Below the pieces are notes generated by a model, which was not told the DNA's origin, did not search any database, and worked only from the letters and a program-made list of their open reading frames with translations. The position numbers and the translations under genes are program-made. Of a DNA stretch of 64,000 nucleotides, positions 1-8,666 are shown one piece after another. Origin of the DNA: Vicinamibacteria bacterium (GTDB lineage: Bacteria > Acidobacteriota > Vicinamibacteria > Marinacidobacterales > Marinacidobacteraceae); assembly GCA_965199715.1 (NCBI GenBank), contig OZ241322.1, forward strand, positions 1,088,001 to 1,152,000, given 5' to 3'. Position 1 is the stretch's first letter. Each line of letters opens with the position of its first letter.

Positions 1-1042
1 GGAAGAGGCACGCCTTGAAGAAGGCGTGGGTCATCAGGTGGAAGACCGCCGCGCCGAAGGCCCCGACCCCGGCCCCGAGGAACATGTAGCCGAGCTGCGA
101 GACCGTGGAGTAGGCGAGAACCTTCTTGATGTCGTTCTGGAAGAGCGCGATCGAGGCGGCGAAGATCGCGGTGACCGCGCCCACCGTCGCGACGAGCCCG
201 AGCGCCGCCGGGGCGTGGGCGAACAGCACGCCGGTGCGGGCGACCATGTACACACCCGCAGTCACCATCGTCGCGGCGTGGATGAGCGCCGAGACCGGGG
301 TCGGCCCCTCCATCGCGTCGGGGAGCCAGACGTACAGCGGGATCTGCGCCGACTTGCCCGCCGCGCCCACGAAGAGCAGCACGCCGATCGCGGTGAGGAC
401 GCCGCCCGTGGCTCCGGCCTCGCCGATCCGGCCCATGACCTCGTAGAAGTCGAGGGTTCCGAAGGTGACGAACGTGAGCATCACCGCGAGGATGAAGCCG
501 GCGTCGCCGATCCGGTTGACCACGAAGGCCTTCTTGCCCGCCTTCGCCGCCGCGTCCCGATCGAACCAGAACCCGATGAGCAGGTACGAGCACAGGCCCA
601 CGCCCTCCCAGCCGACGAACATCAGCAGGAAGTTCGCGCCGAGAACCAGGTTCAGCATGAAGAACGTGAACAGGTTCAGGTAGGCGAAGAAGCGGGCGAA
701 GCCGGCGTCGTGGCTCATGTACCCGATCGAGTACACGTGGATCAGGAACCCGATCCCGGTGACGACGAGCGTCATCACCATCGACAGCGAGTCCAGCCGG
801 TAGGCCCAGTCCACCCCCATGCTCGAGATCCACGGGAAGAGCGACTGCTCGATCCGCGCCGACGCGCCGCCCTCGGCGAGGAACGTGGTGAAGAAGATCC
901 CGAGCGCCAGCAGGAACGAGGCGCCGACCGTCGCGCACGCGAGGTATCCGGCGAGCGGCTTCCCGAGCCGCTTTCCGAAGAGGCCGTTAACCAGCGCACC
1001 GATTCCGGGAAGAACCGGAAGGAGCCAGACGAGCGAGGTCAA
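1..1042 (-). CDS. nuoL: NADH-quinone oxidoreductase subunit L (5' part; runs off the window start)
   Basis: Not in the ORF track. Manual minus-strand translation from TTG at 1042 gives LTSLVWLLPVLPG...GWEGVGLCSYLLIGFWF...KAFVVNRIGD...GKSAQIPLYVWLPDAMEGPTPVSALIHAATMVTAGVY...DIKKVLAYSTVSQLGYM...FHLMTHAFFKACLF, which are the NuoL/ND5 signatures. Confidence 0.95.
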   Translation of the reverse strand, partial: MTSLVWLLPVLPGIGALVNGLFGKRLGKPLAGYLACATVGASFLLALGIFFTTFLAEGGASARIEQSLFPWISSMGVDWAYRLDSLSMVMTLVVTGIGFLIHVYSIGYMSHDAGFARFFAYLNLFTFFMLNLVLGANFLLMFVGWEGVGLCSYLLIGFWFDRDAAAKAGKKAFVVNRIGDAGFILAVMLTFVTFGTLDFYEVMGRIGEAGATGGVLTAIGVLLFVGAAGKSAQIPLYVWLPDAMEGPTPVSALIHAATMVTAGVYMVARTGVLFAHAPAALGLVATVGAVTAIFAASIALFQNDIKKVLAYSTVSQLGYMFLGAGVGAFGAAVFHLMTHAFFKACLF

Positions 1043-1190
1043 TCCAAGGAGTTGGTGCGGGTTACGGGCGCCGGAGGATTCCGTTGAAGGATCGCTCGGC
1101 GGAGACGCGCGAAACGCCCCGCGGGGAGCGTGGAAGGTAACGGATCGGGGCCCTCCAAGTCAACGAACGCAGGGCCTCGGGGAGCGCCGG

Positions 1191-1982
1191 TCAGGTCACG
1201 CTGCGGACGTGGCCGCCGTCCACCTGGAGCACCGTCCCGGTGACGTAGCTGGCGCGTTCGGAGGCCAGAAACGCGGCCACCGCGCCGAATTCCTCGGGCT
1301 CGCCGACGCGCCCGAGCGGGATGTCCCGCGCCCACTCCCCATAGACGTCGGCTTCGGGGATTCCGCGCCGCGCCGCGATGTGAGACGCGATCTCGACGAG
1401 CCGGTCGGTGCGGGTGTACCCCGGGCAGAGCACGTTGGCGAGCACCCCGTCGGGGGCCGCCTCGTCCGCCACCGACTTGATGAACCCGGCGACGCCCGAG
1501 CGGGCGGTGTTCGAGAGGATGATGTCGGGGACCGGCTGCTTCACCGAAACCGACGCGATCGCGACGATCCGCCCCCACCCGCGCTCGCGCATGCCGGGCA
1601 CGGCGGCGCGCACGAGGTGCACCGTCGAGAGCAGGATCTGCTCGAGCGCGTCCTTCCAGATCGCGGCGGTGGTCGCCGGCAGGCGCATCGGGGGCGGCCC
1701 GCCGGTGTTCGTGACCAGGATGTCCACCTTGCCGAAGCGCGCCTCGGCGGCGCGGACGAACCCCTCGGCGGCGGCCGGATCGCCGACGTCCACCGGCCAG
1801 GCGAGCGTCTCCACCCCGAACTCGTCCCGGATCGCCTGCGCCGTCTCCTCGAGCGGCCCCCGGGTCCGCGCCCCGAGCGCCAGATGGACCCCCTCGGCCG
1901 CGAGCGCCCGGGCGACCGCGCGGCCGAGCCCCCGGCTCGCGGCCGCCACCACGGCGACCCGGCCGGTCAGACCGAGATCCAA
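1191..1982 (-). CDS. SDR family oxidoreductase (FabG-like)
   Basis: AASRGLG Rossmann motif, DILVTNTGG, NVLCPG, ASYVTG; 263 aa. Confidence 0.9.
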   Translation of the reverse strand: MDLGLTGRVAVVAAASRGLGRAVARALAAEGVHLALGARTRGPLEETAQAIRDEFGVETLAWPVDVGDPAAAEGFVRAAEARFGKVDILVTNTGGPPPMRLPATTAAIWKDALEQILLSTVHLVRAAVPGMRERGWGRIVAIASVSVKQPVPDIILSNTARSGVAGFIKSVADEAAPDGVLANVLCPGYTRTDRLVEIASHIAARRGIPEADVYGEWARDIPLGRVGEPEEFGAVAAFLASERASYVTGTVLQVDGGHVRSVT

Positions 1983-1989
1983 GGACCGG

Positions 1990-2322
1990 TCAGTTGTACT
2001 GGCGTTCCTTGCATGGAACGCAGACGCGGGTCCACGGAACCGCCGCCAGCCGCAGCCGCGGGATCTCCTCGTCGCACTCGGAGCAGATCCCGTATTCGCC
2101 GTTCTTGATGCGGCCGAGCGCCTTCTCGATGGCGCGCAGCAGCTTGGCGTCGTTCTGCTGGAGCTGGATCGCGATCTCGTCGTCGGTCGCGACCAGCGAG
2201 CGGTCGCCGTCGTCGCCGTGGCTGGGCGATCCGGAGAAGGCGCGGGTCGGAACCTGGCTCTCGATCTCGGCCTTCTTGGCGAGGAGGCGCGCCTCGTGCT
2301 GCTGCAGATCCTCGGGGGTCAT
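1990..2322 (-). CDS. TraR/DksA family C4-type zinc-finger protein
   Basis: IEKALGRIKNGEYGICSEC...EIPRLRLAAVPWTRVCVPCKE. Confidence 0.9.
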   Translation of the reverse strand: MTPEDLQQHEARLLAKKAEIESQVPTRAFSGSPSHGDDGDRSLVATDDEIAIQLQQNDAKLLRAIEKALGRIKNGEYGICSECDEEIPRLRLAAVPWTRVCVPCKERQYN

Positions 2323-2346
2323 GGTGCGGAAAGGAGGGCGATTTTA

Positions 2347-2847
2347 TCAGCTTCCCTTCGCGTGACGGGTCTTGCCGGCGAGAAGGTCGAGCGCGTGCGG
2401 GAGCGTCGGGGCGAGCGTCCTGAGGCCGGTCGCCACCGCCCTCGGGCTGCCCGGAAGCGCCACGACGAGCGTCGCGCCGATCGCGCCCGCGAAGCTGCGG
2501 GAGAGCACCGCCATGGGAGTCTCGGAGAGCCCGTCGCTGCGCAGGAGCTCGCCGTAGCCGGGGAGCTCCCGGTCGAGCAGCGGCCGGACCGCTTCCGGGG
2601 TCCGGTCGCGGGGGCCGAGCCCGGTCCCGCCGGACGAGACCACGAGCCGGATCCCGGCGGCCGTCCACTCCCGGACCCGCTCGCGCACCGCCTCGATCTC
2701 GTCGGGGACGATCGCCTGCTCGCGGACCTCGAAGCCGAAGTCGGAGAGCGCGTCCCGGGCGACCGCGCCGGACCGGTCCTCGACGACGCCGGCCGCGCAG
2801 CCGTCGCTCACGGTCAGGACGGCGGCGGAATTGCGAGGGGCGGTCAC
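2347..2847 (-). CDS. MogA/MoaB family molybdenum cofactor biosynthesis protein
   Basis: VLTVSD, DRSG, IVPDE, SSGGTGLGPRDRTPEA, LPGSP motifs. The GTG at 2847 is preferred because the longer ORF overlaps the divergent VWA gene. Confidence 0.9.
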   Translation of the reverse strand: MTAPRNSAAVLTVSDGCAAGVVEDRSGAVARDALSDFGFEVREQAIVPDEIEAVRERVREWTAAGIRLVVSSGGTGLGPRDRTPEAVRPLLDRELPGYGELLRSDGLSETPMAVLSRSFAGAIGATLVVALPGSPRAVATGLRTLAPTLPHALDLLAGKTRHAKGS

Positions 2848-2878
2848 TGGAAAGCCGTTGGGGCAGAATAGACGAACG

Positions 2879-3793
2879 ATGCCGCTTCCCTCGGTCCGCT
2901 GGCGGACGCCGGCGGTCGTGATCGCGCTGATCGTCTCCGGCGGGATCACCGCGCTGGCGCAGACCTACCAGTTCCGGGTCACCGTCGATCTGATCTCGCT
3001 GAACGTGACGGTCACCGACACCCGCGACCGCTTCGTGACCGAGCTGATCCGCGAGGACTTCTCGGTGTACGAGGACGGCGTCTTGCAGGAGGTCGAGGCG
3101 TTCTCCCGGGAGGACCTGCCGATCCGGATGGTGCTGCTGCTCGACACCTCGGCCAGCATGCAGGACAAGATGCAGTTCGCGCAGGAGGCGGCGGTGCGGT
3201 TCACCCGCACGCTGCGGGTCGAGGACCTCGCGCAAGTGATCGAGTTCGGAAGCCACGCGAACATCCTCCAGACGTTCACGAGCGACCGGACCAAGCTGGA
3301 GCGGGCGATCCGGATGACTCAGCCGGGGGGGACCACGAAGCTCCACAACGCGATCTACATCTCGCTCCACGCGCTCGCCCGCCGGCGGACCGAGCCCCGG
3401 CGGCAGGCGATCATCCTGCTTTCCGACGGGCACGACACGAGCTCGCTCGTAACCTTCGAGCAGGTCCTCGACCTGACCAAGGACACCGACGTGGTGATCT
3501 ACACGATCTCGCTCCAGAACACGAGCCGGCGGCGCGGCCGGCGCTTTTCGGAGGCGGAGCACGTCCTCAAGAACCTCGCCGAGGAGACCGGCGGACAGTG
3601 GTTCTTCCCGACCGCGATCCAGGAGCTGGAGTCGGTGTACGACCGGATCGCCGAGGAGCTCAAGAGCCAGTACAACCTTGGGTACATCTCGAACAACCCC
3701 CGCCGCGACGGGGCGTGGCGCCGGATCGTGGTTCAGACCTCGTATCCCGACGCCCGAGTGCGCACGAAGCTCGGTTACTACGCTCCGGGCTAG
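2879..3793 (+). CDS. VWA domain-containing secreted protein (acidobacterial VWFA-related type)
   Basis: Signal-peptide-like N-terminus, FRVTVDLISLNVTVTD, MIDAS DTSASM, LLSDGHD, LAEETGG, C-terminal RTKLGYYAP. Confidence 0.85.
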   Translation: MPLPSVRWRTPAVVIALIVSGGITALAQTYQFRVTVDLISLNVTVTDTRDRFVTELIREDFSVYEDGVLQEVEAFSREDLPIRMVLLLDTSASMQDKMQFAQEAAVRFTRTLRVEDLAQVIEFGSHANILQTFTSDRTKLERAIRMTQPGGTTKLHNAIYISLHALARRRTEPRRQAIILLSDGHDTSSLVTFEQVLDLTKDTDVVIYTISLQNTSRRRGRRFSEAEHVLKNLAEETGGQWFFPTAIQELESVYDRIAEELKSQYNLGYISNNPRRDGAWRRIVVQTSYPDARVRTKLGYYAPG

Positions 3794-3801
3794 CCCGCCC
3801 G

Positions 3802-4932
3802 ATGCAGCATCCGCTGGCCCGGAGCGATCGCGCCTCGGGCGGGCGCCGCCACCCGGAAACGCCGCACGCGTTCCGCACCGAGTACCAGCGCGACCGCGAC
3901 CGCGTCATCCACTCGAGCGCGTTCCGCCGGCTGCAGGGCAAGACCCAAGTCTTCGTCACCGACTACGCCGACCACCCGAGGACCCGGCTCACCCACACGC
4001 TCGAAGTCGCGCAGATCGCCCGGACGCTGGCGCGGGCGCTCGGCTTCAACGAGGACCTGACCGAGGCGACCGCGCTCGCCCACGATCTGGGCCATCCCCC
4101 GTTCGGGCACGCCGGCGAGGAGGAGCTGGACCGGCTCATGCGCGGCCATGGCGGGTTCGAGCACAACATCCAGTCCTTCCGCATCGTGGAGAAGCTGGAG
4201 CGGGCCTATCCCGGTTTCGCCGGCCTCAACCTGACCCGGGAGACCCGGTTGGGCGTGTTCGCGCACTCGCCCCGCACCGGTTGGCGGCCCTCCGACTTCG
4301 AGGGCCTGACGCAGCCGCCGCTGGAGGGCCAGCTCGCCGACATGGCAGACGAAATCGCGTACACGGCGCACGACATGGAGGACGGCTTCGCCTCGGGGCT
4401 GCTCCGGCCGGAGGCGCTCGCTCCCTCGGCGCTCTTCGCCCGCAACTGGGATCCCGGCCAGGCGGTGCGGGACGGCTCGCGGCGGGTCGGGGTCCGCAAT
4501 CTGGTGCGGGGCGTGATCGGGACGCTCGGGGACGCAGTGATCCGGGAGACGCGCGCGCGCGCCGCCGCGTCCGGGCTGCGGGAGCCGGACGAGGTTCTTC
4601 GGCACGACCGCCCGCTGGTCGGGCTGGACGCGGACGCCGCCGCCGAGCTCGCCGCGCTGAAGGGCCTTCTCGCCGACGGGCTCTACCGGCATCCCGACGT
4701 GGTCCGCGCGACGCGCCGGCGGACGCGGGCGCTGCCGACGCTATTCCACCACTATCTCGATCATCCCGAAGGGCTTCCGCCGCACGTGGGGCGACGCATG
4801 GAGCGGACGAAGCCCCAGCGCGTGGTCTGCGACTACCTCGCCGGGATGACCGACCGCTTCACGATGCGCTGCCACCGGGCCCTGAAGGCCGGGCGGCCGC
4901 CGCCGACCCGGGGCTTTCCGGGACGGCTCTAG
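3802..4932 (+). CDS. dgt: Deoxyguanosinetriphosphate triphosphohydrolase (dGTPase-like, HD family)
   Basis: YQRDRDRVIHSSAFRRLQGKTQVF, RTRLTHTLEV, AHDLGHPPFGHAGE, DYLAGMTDRF. Confidence 0.93.
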   Translation: MQHPLARSDRASGGRRHPETPHAFRTEYQRDRDRVIHSSAFRRLQGKTQVFVTDYADHPRTRLTHTLEVAQIARTLARALGFNEDLTEATALAHDLGHPPFGHAGEEELDRLMRGHGGFEHNIQSFRIVEKLERAYPGFAGLNLTRETRLGVFAHSPRTGWRPSDFEGLTQPPLEGQLADMADEIAYTAHDMEDGFASGLLRPEALAPSALFARNWDPGQAVRDGSRRVGVRNLVRGVIGTLGDAVIRETRARAAASGLREPDEVLRHDRPLVGLDADAAAELAALKGLLADGLYRHPDVVRATRRRTRALPTLFHHYLDHPEGLPPHVGRRMERTKPQRVVCDYLAGMTDRFTMRCHRALKAGRPPPTRGFPGRL

Positions 4933-4935
4933 GAG

Positions 4936-5502
4936 CTATGGCTCCGGCTCGCTCTCGCCGCGGGGCCGAACCTCGTAGATCGGCTCCTCCTCGTCCGGCT
5001 CGAGGAACCTCTCGACTCCGGGAGGGCCGAGCCTTCGGTCGGCGACGATGCGGCCCCGGGACGTGTATGCCGAGGAGCCGACCCGCAAGAACACCTCCGC
5101 CTCCACGTCCTCCCACAACGGGTTGTCGAACATCCGCTCGGGAGCGTCCTTCGAGAGGTAGTTCGAGTCCGAGTACAGCGTGACGTCCGCCGTCGAAGCG
5201 CCCGGATCGAGCGGGGCCTCGGAAACCGAATGCAGGTACCCGGTGCCCCACGCCTCGTCCGGAGCCGACAGCCGCCGGAAGGTCACGTGCGACTGGATGT
5301 AGCTGACGGGGTCGGGGCCGTCGTTGCGGATCGTGAAACGCACCGCGGGGCGGATGTAGCTGTAGCCCTCGGGATCGACGCCGAGCACGCCCCAGTAGGA
5401 GACGAGCCCCTCGACCTGGAGCGCCGCTACGGCCTCGGTGGAGGCCTGTCCGACGCATCCCCCGGCCGCCAGCAGGGCGAGGGGAAGGACGATGGAGCGC
5501 AT
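4936..5502 (-). CDS. Hypothetical lipoprotein
   Basis: MRSIVLPLALLAAGGC signal ending in Cys. It is the 3' part of ORF 4936..6453; the upstream part of that ORF is a shadow of the ABC gene. Confidence 0.65.
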   Translation of the reverse strand: MRSIVLPLALLAAGGCVGQASTEAVAALQVEGLVSYWGVLGVDPEGYSYIRPAVRFTIRNDGPDPVSYIQSHVTFRRLSAPDEAWGTGYLHSVSEAPLDPGASTADVTLYSDSNYLSKDAPERMFDNPLWEDVEAEVFLRVGSSAYTSRGRIVADRRLGPPGVERFLEPDEEEPIYEVRPRGESEPEP

Positions 5503-5511
5503 CGGAAGCGC

Positions 5512-5521
5512 CAGTATACTG
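5512..5521. promoter_or_regulatory. Palindromic CAGTATACTG giving a TATACT -10 element on both strands between divergent genes
   Basis: Perfect 10-bp palindrome in a 48-bp gap between starts at 5502 (-) and 5551 (+). Confidence 0.5.
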
Positions 5522-5550
5522 ACGGGTTGGCCCGTCCGGCCTGATCGCAA

Positions 5551-6480
5551 ATGCCCCCGGTAGTCCAGGTGGACCGCGTGTCCAAGCGGTACGGAACCAC
5601 GCTCGCGGTCGATGAGCTCAGCTTCTCGATCGAGTCGGGCGAGGTGCTCGGGTTCCTCGGCCCGAACGGCGCCGGGAAGACGACGACGATGCGGCTCGTC
5701 ACCGGCTTCATGCCGCCGACCGAGGGGCGGGTGCTGATCGGCGGCCAGGACGTCGCCGAGGCGCCGGCGGAGGCCAAGCGGGACGTCGGGTACCTGCCCG
5801 AGCAGCCGCCGCTCTACCCCGAGATGGAGGTGCGCGCCTTCCTCGAGTTCGCCGCCCGCCTCCGTCGGGTCCCGCGGTCCCGGATCACCGGGGCGGTCGA
5901 TCAAGCGATGGAGCGGACCGCGCTCGGCGACGTCCGGGACCGCCCGCTCGGGGCGCTCAGCAAGGGGTTCCGCCAGCGCGTCGGCCTCGCCCAGGCGCTT
6001 GTCCACGACCCGGGCCTGCTCGTGCTGGACGAGCCCACGGCCGGGCTGGATCCGAGGCAGATCCACGAGACCCGCGAGCTCATCCGCGGCCTCGCCGGCG
6101 AGCGGACCGTGATCCTCTCGACGCACATCCTGCCGGAAGTGGCGGCGACCTGCGACCGGGTGGTCATCATCCACCAGGGCCGATTGCTGGCGGAGGACAC
6201 TCCCGAGCGGCTCGGCGCCGGGATCGCCGGCGGCTTCGTCGAGATCGAGACCCAGGGCGATCCCGAGCGGATCGAGGCGACTCTCGCCGCCGTCCCGGGC
6301 GTGCGGCGGGTCGGGGTCGAGTCGGACGGGCGGTATCGCGTCGAGAGCGAGGCCGACGTGCGCAGCGAGGCGGCGCGGGCGCTCCTCGACGCCGGGTTCC
6401 CGCTGCTCGGGCTGCGGCGCGCCGGAGCCACGCTGGAGGAAGCGTTCTTGCACCTCACCACCAGCGAGGCGGAGGAATGA
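5551..6480 (+). CDS. ABC transporter ATP-binding protein (GldA-like)
   Basis: Walker A GPNGAGKTT, LSKGFRQRVG, LVLDEPTAGLDP, STHIL. Confidence 0.93.
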   Translation: MPPVVQVDRVSKRYGTTLAVDELSFSIESGEVLGFLGPNGAGKTTTMRLVTGFMPPTEGRVLIGGQDVAEAPAEAKRDVGYLPEQPPLYPEMEVRAFLEFAARLRRVPRSRITGAVDQAMERTALGDVRDRPLGALSKGFRQRVGLAQALVHDPGLLVLDEPTAGLDPRQIHETRELIRGLAGERTVILSTHILPEVAATCDRVVIIHQGRLLAEDTPERLGAGIAGGFVEIETQGDPERIEATLAAVPGVRRVGVESDGRYRVESEADVRSEAARALLDAGFPLLGLRRAGATLEEAFLHLTTSEAEE

Positions 6481-7247
6481 GGATCGCGCTGGCCATCGCC
6501 CGCCGGGACCTCGGCGGGTGGTTCGCCTCGCCGATCGCGTTCGCGCTGCTCGGGGCGTTCGCGTTCCTCTACGGCTACTTCTTCACCGACTACCTGCGCG
6601 GGTTCGTCGAGGCCGGCATGCGGATGAGCCAGCTCGGCGGCTTCTCCGGCGGGACGCTGAACGTGAACAGCGACCTGATCCGCTGGCTCATGGCGAGCGC
6701 CGCCGTGCTCCTGGTCTTCCTGACGCCCCTCGTGACGATGCGCGGCGTGGCTTCGGAACTGCGCTCGGGAACCGTGGAGCTGCTGCTGACCGCGCCGGTG
6801 ACCGACGGGCAGATCGTGCTGGGGAAGTTCCTCGCGTCGTTCGCGCTCTTCGCGGCGATGATCGGTACCACCGGCTTCCACACGGCGATCCTGTTCTGGC
6901 ACTCGACGCCGGACGTCGCGCCGGTGCTGAGCGCCTATCTCGGCCTGCTGCTGCTCGGGGCCGCGTTCTGCTCGATCGGGCTCTTCTTCTCGACCCTCAC
7001 GAAGAGCCAGATCGTCGCCGGGATCCTCACGCTGCTCGCGCTGCTCGTGCTCTGGCTGCTGGAGTTCACCGGTCCCGAATCCGGCGGGTCCACGCCGCTG
7101 CTCGCGTACCTGTCCGCGACCGGGCACGTGGCCGACTTCACCCGGGGCGTGATCCCGACCCGCAGCGTCATCTTCTACCTGTCGTTCACGGCGTTCTGGC
7201 TGTTTCTCGCCCGCGAGTCGGTGCGCTCCCGGCGGTGGCGCGGATGA
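6477..7247 (+). CDS. ABC-2 type permease (GldF-like)
   Basis: Multiple TM helices, TMRGVASELRSGTVELLLTAPV...IVLGKF; ATGA overlap with the ATPase. Confidence 0.88.
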   Translation: MRIALAIARRDLGGWFASPIAFALLGAFAFLYGYFFTDYLRGFVEAGMRMSQLGGFSGGTLNVNSDLIRWLMASAAVLLVFLTPLVTMRGVASELRSGTVELLLTAPVTDGQIVLGKFLASFALFAAMIGTTGFHTAILFWHSTPDVAPVLSAYLGLLLLGAAFCSIGLFFSTLTKSQIVAGILTLLALLVLWLLEFTGPESGGSTPLLAYLSATGHVADFTRGVIPTRSVIFYLSFTAFWLFLARESVRSRRWRG

Positions 7248-8665
7248 GCCCCCTGCTCGGCCGGCGCAGCGCCCGCGAGGGCGCGAACCTGACGCTGACC
7301 GCCGTGCTGCTGCTCGTCGCCGCGGTCGGCCTCAACGTCGTGGCCGACCGGCGGAACGTCTCGTGGGACGTGACCTCCACCGGGCAGTTCAGCCTCGCCC
7401 CGCAGTCGATCCGGATCGTGGAGGGGCTCGACCGCGAGGCGCTCCTCGTCGTGCTGGACGAGCCGCGGGCGGCCGGGCCCACCATCGAGCTCTTCGAGCG
7501 CTACGCCGACGCGAGCCCCATGGTCGCTTGGGAGCTGATCGACCAGGAGGCCCAGCCGGCGCGGGCGCGGGAGTTTCTCGCCGGCGCCGAGGAGAGCATC
7601 CCGTTCGGGACCGTGGTGGTCACGGTAGGCGATCGGACCGAGCGCGTTTCGGGCGCGAGCGAGTCGGAGATCACGAACGCGATCGCGCGTCTCGTGGCCG
7701 GGAGGGAGCGGCGGCTGCGCTTCCTGACCGGCCACGGCGAGCTCGCGCTCGACGAGATGGGCGGCGGCGGGTTGTCGGCGATCCGGGACCGGCTCCGCGA
7801 GGCCAACTACGACGCGGCCGAAGTCCCGCTTCTGGAGCAGGTGGACGACGGCGAAGTCGTCCTCCCGGACGACGTGGACGCGCTGGTTCTGGCCGGGCCG
7901 GCGCGGGACCTCCTCGCCGCCGAGACCGAGGCGCTCGCCGAGTACGTGCGGGGCGGCGGGAAGCTGCTGGTGATGATCGACCCGCCCGAGCTCGGCGAGG
8001 CGGACGGGCTGGACCCGAGGGAGAACCTGACGAGCCTGCTGGAGGACTTCGGGATCTCGCCCGGCGGCGACGTGGTGCTCGACGGGAGCGGGGTCGGGCA
8101 GCTCTTCGGGTTCGGGATCGAGGTTCCGCTGGCGGCCGCCTACGGCTTCCACCCGATCACCCGCGGATTCGAGACGCAGGCGACCGTGTTTCCGCTGGCG
8201 GAGAGCCTGATCGGCGCGGAGCCCGCGGACGCGCCGGCCGGCGTGACGCTCACGGAGCTCGTCCTCACCTCCGACGTGAGTTGGGGCGAACGCGACGCCG
8301 ACGAGCTGCTCAGCGGCGAGGTGATTCCCGACGAGGACGAGCGCGCCGGGCCGCTCGCGCTCGCGTGGGCGGCCAGCGTCAGCGGCGGCGAGGACGCCGA
8401 GGGGCGCCTCGTCGTGGTCGGGGACTCGGACTTCATCGGCAACAACCTCGTGCTCGCGCCGCTCGGGAACGCGGACCTCTTCCTGAACATGGTCGCGTGG
8501 CTCGCCGAGGACGAGGACCGCATCGCGATCCGGCCGCGCGATCCCGAGGACCGCCGCATCCTCATGACCGCCGCGAGGATGCGGACGGTGATCCTGCTCA
8601 GTCTCGTGTTCCTGCCGGGGTTCTTCGTGATCTGGGGCGTGGCCTCGTGGTGGCGGCGGCGCTGA
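7244..8665 (+). CDS. GldG family ABC-associated periplasmic protein
   Basis: WDVTSTGQFSLAPQS, FLTGHGE, LVLAGP, GRLVVVGDSDF, NADLFLNMVAWL, C-terminal TM followed by WWRRR; ATG at 7244 overlaps the permease stop. Confidence 0.88.
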   Translation: MSPLLGRRSAREGANLTLTAVLLLVAAVGLNVVADRRNVSWDVTSTGQFSLAPQSIRIVEGLDREALLVVLDEPRAAGPTIELFERYADASPMVAWELIDQEAQPARAREFLAGAEESIPFGTVVVTVGDRTERVSGASESEITNAIARLVAGRERRLRFLTGHGELALDEMGGGGLSAIRDRLREANYDAAEVPLLEQVDDGEVVLPDDVDALVLAGPARDLLAAETEALAEYVRGGGKLLVMIDPPELGEADGLDPRENLTSLLEDFGISPGGDVVLDGSGVGQLFGFGIEVPLAAAYGFHPITRGFETQATVFPLAESLIGAEPADAPAGVTLTELVLTSDVSWGERDADELLSGEVIPDEDERAGPLALAWAASVSGGEDAEGRLVVVGDSDFIGNNLVLAPLGNADLFLNMVAWLAEDEDRIAIRPRDPEDRRILMTAARMRTVILLSLVFLPGFFVIWGVASWWRRR

Positions 8666-8666
8666 G

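Noticed and set aside
26-1087. 353-aa plus-strand ORF and the many other long Arg/Gly/Pro-rich ORFs in the track (e.g. 10719..13559, 22612..24978, 49617..51755)
   Set aside because: Antisense or off-frame shadows of real genes, expected in very GC-rich DNA; no recognisable motifs.
3802-4932. dGTPase as an anti-phage defence gene
   Set aside because: Short housekeeping-type HD protein with host-like codon usage among core genes, outside the defence patches.
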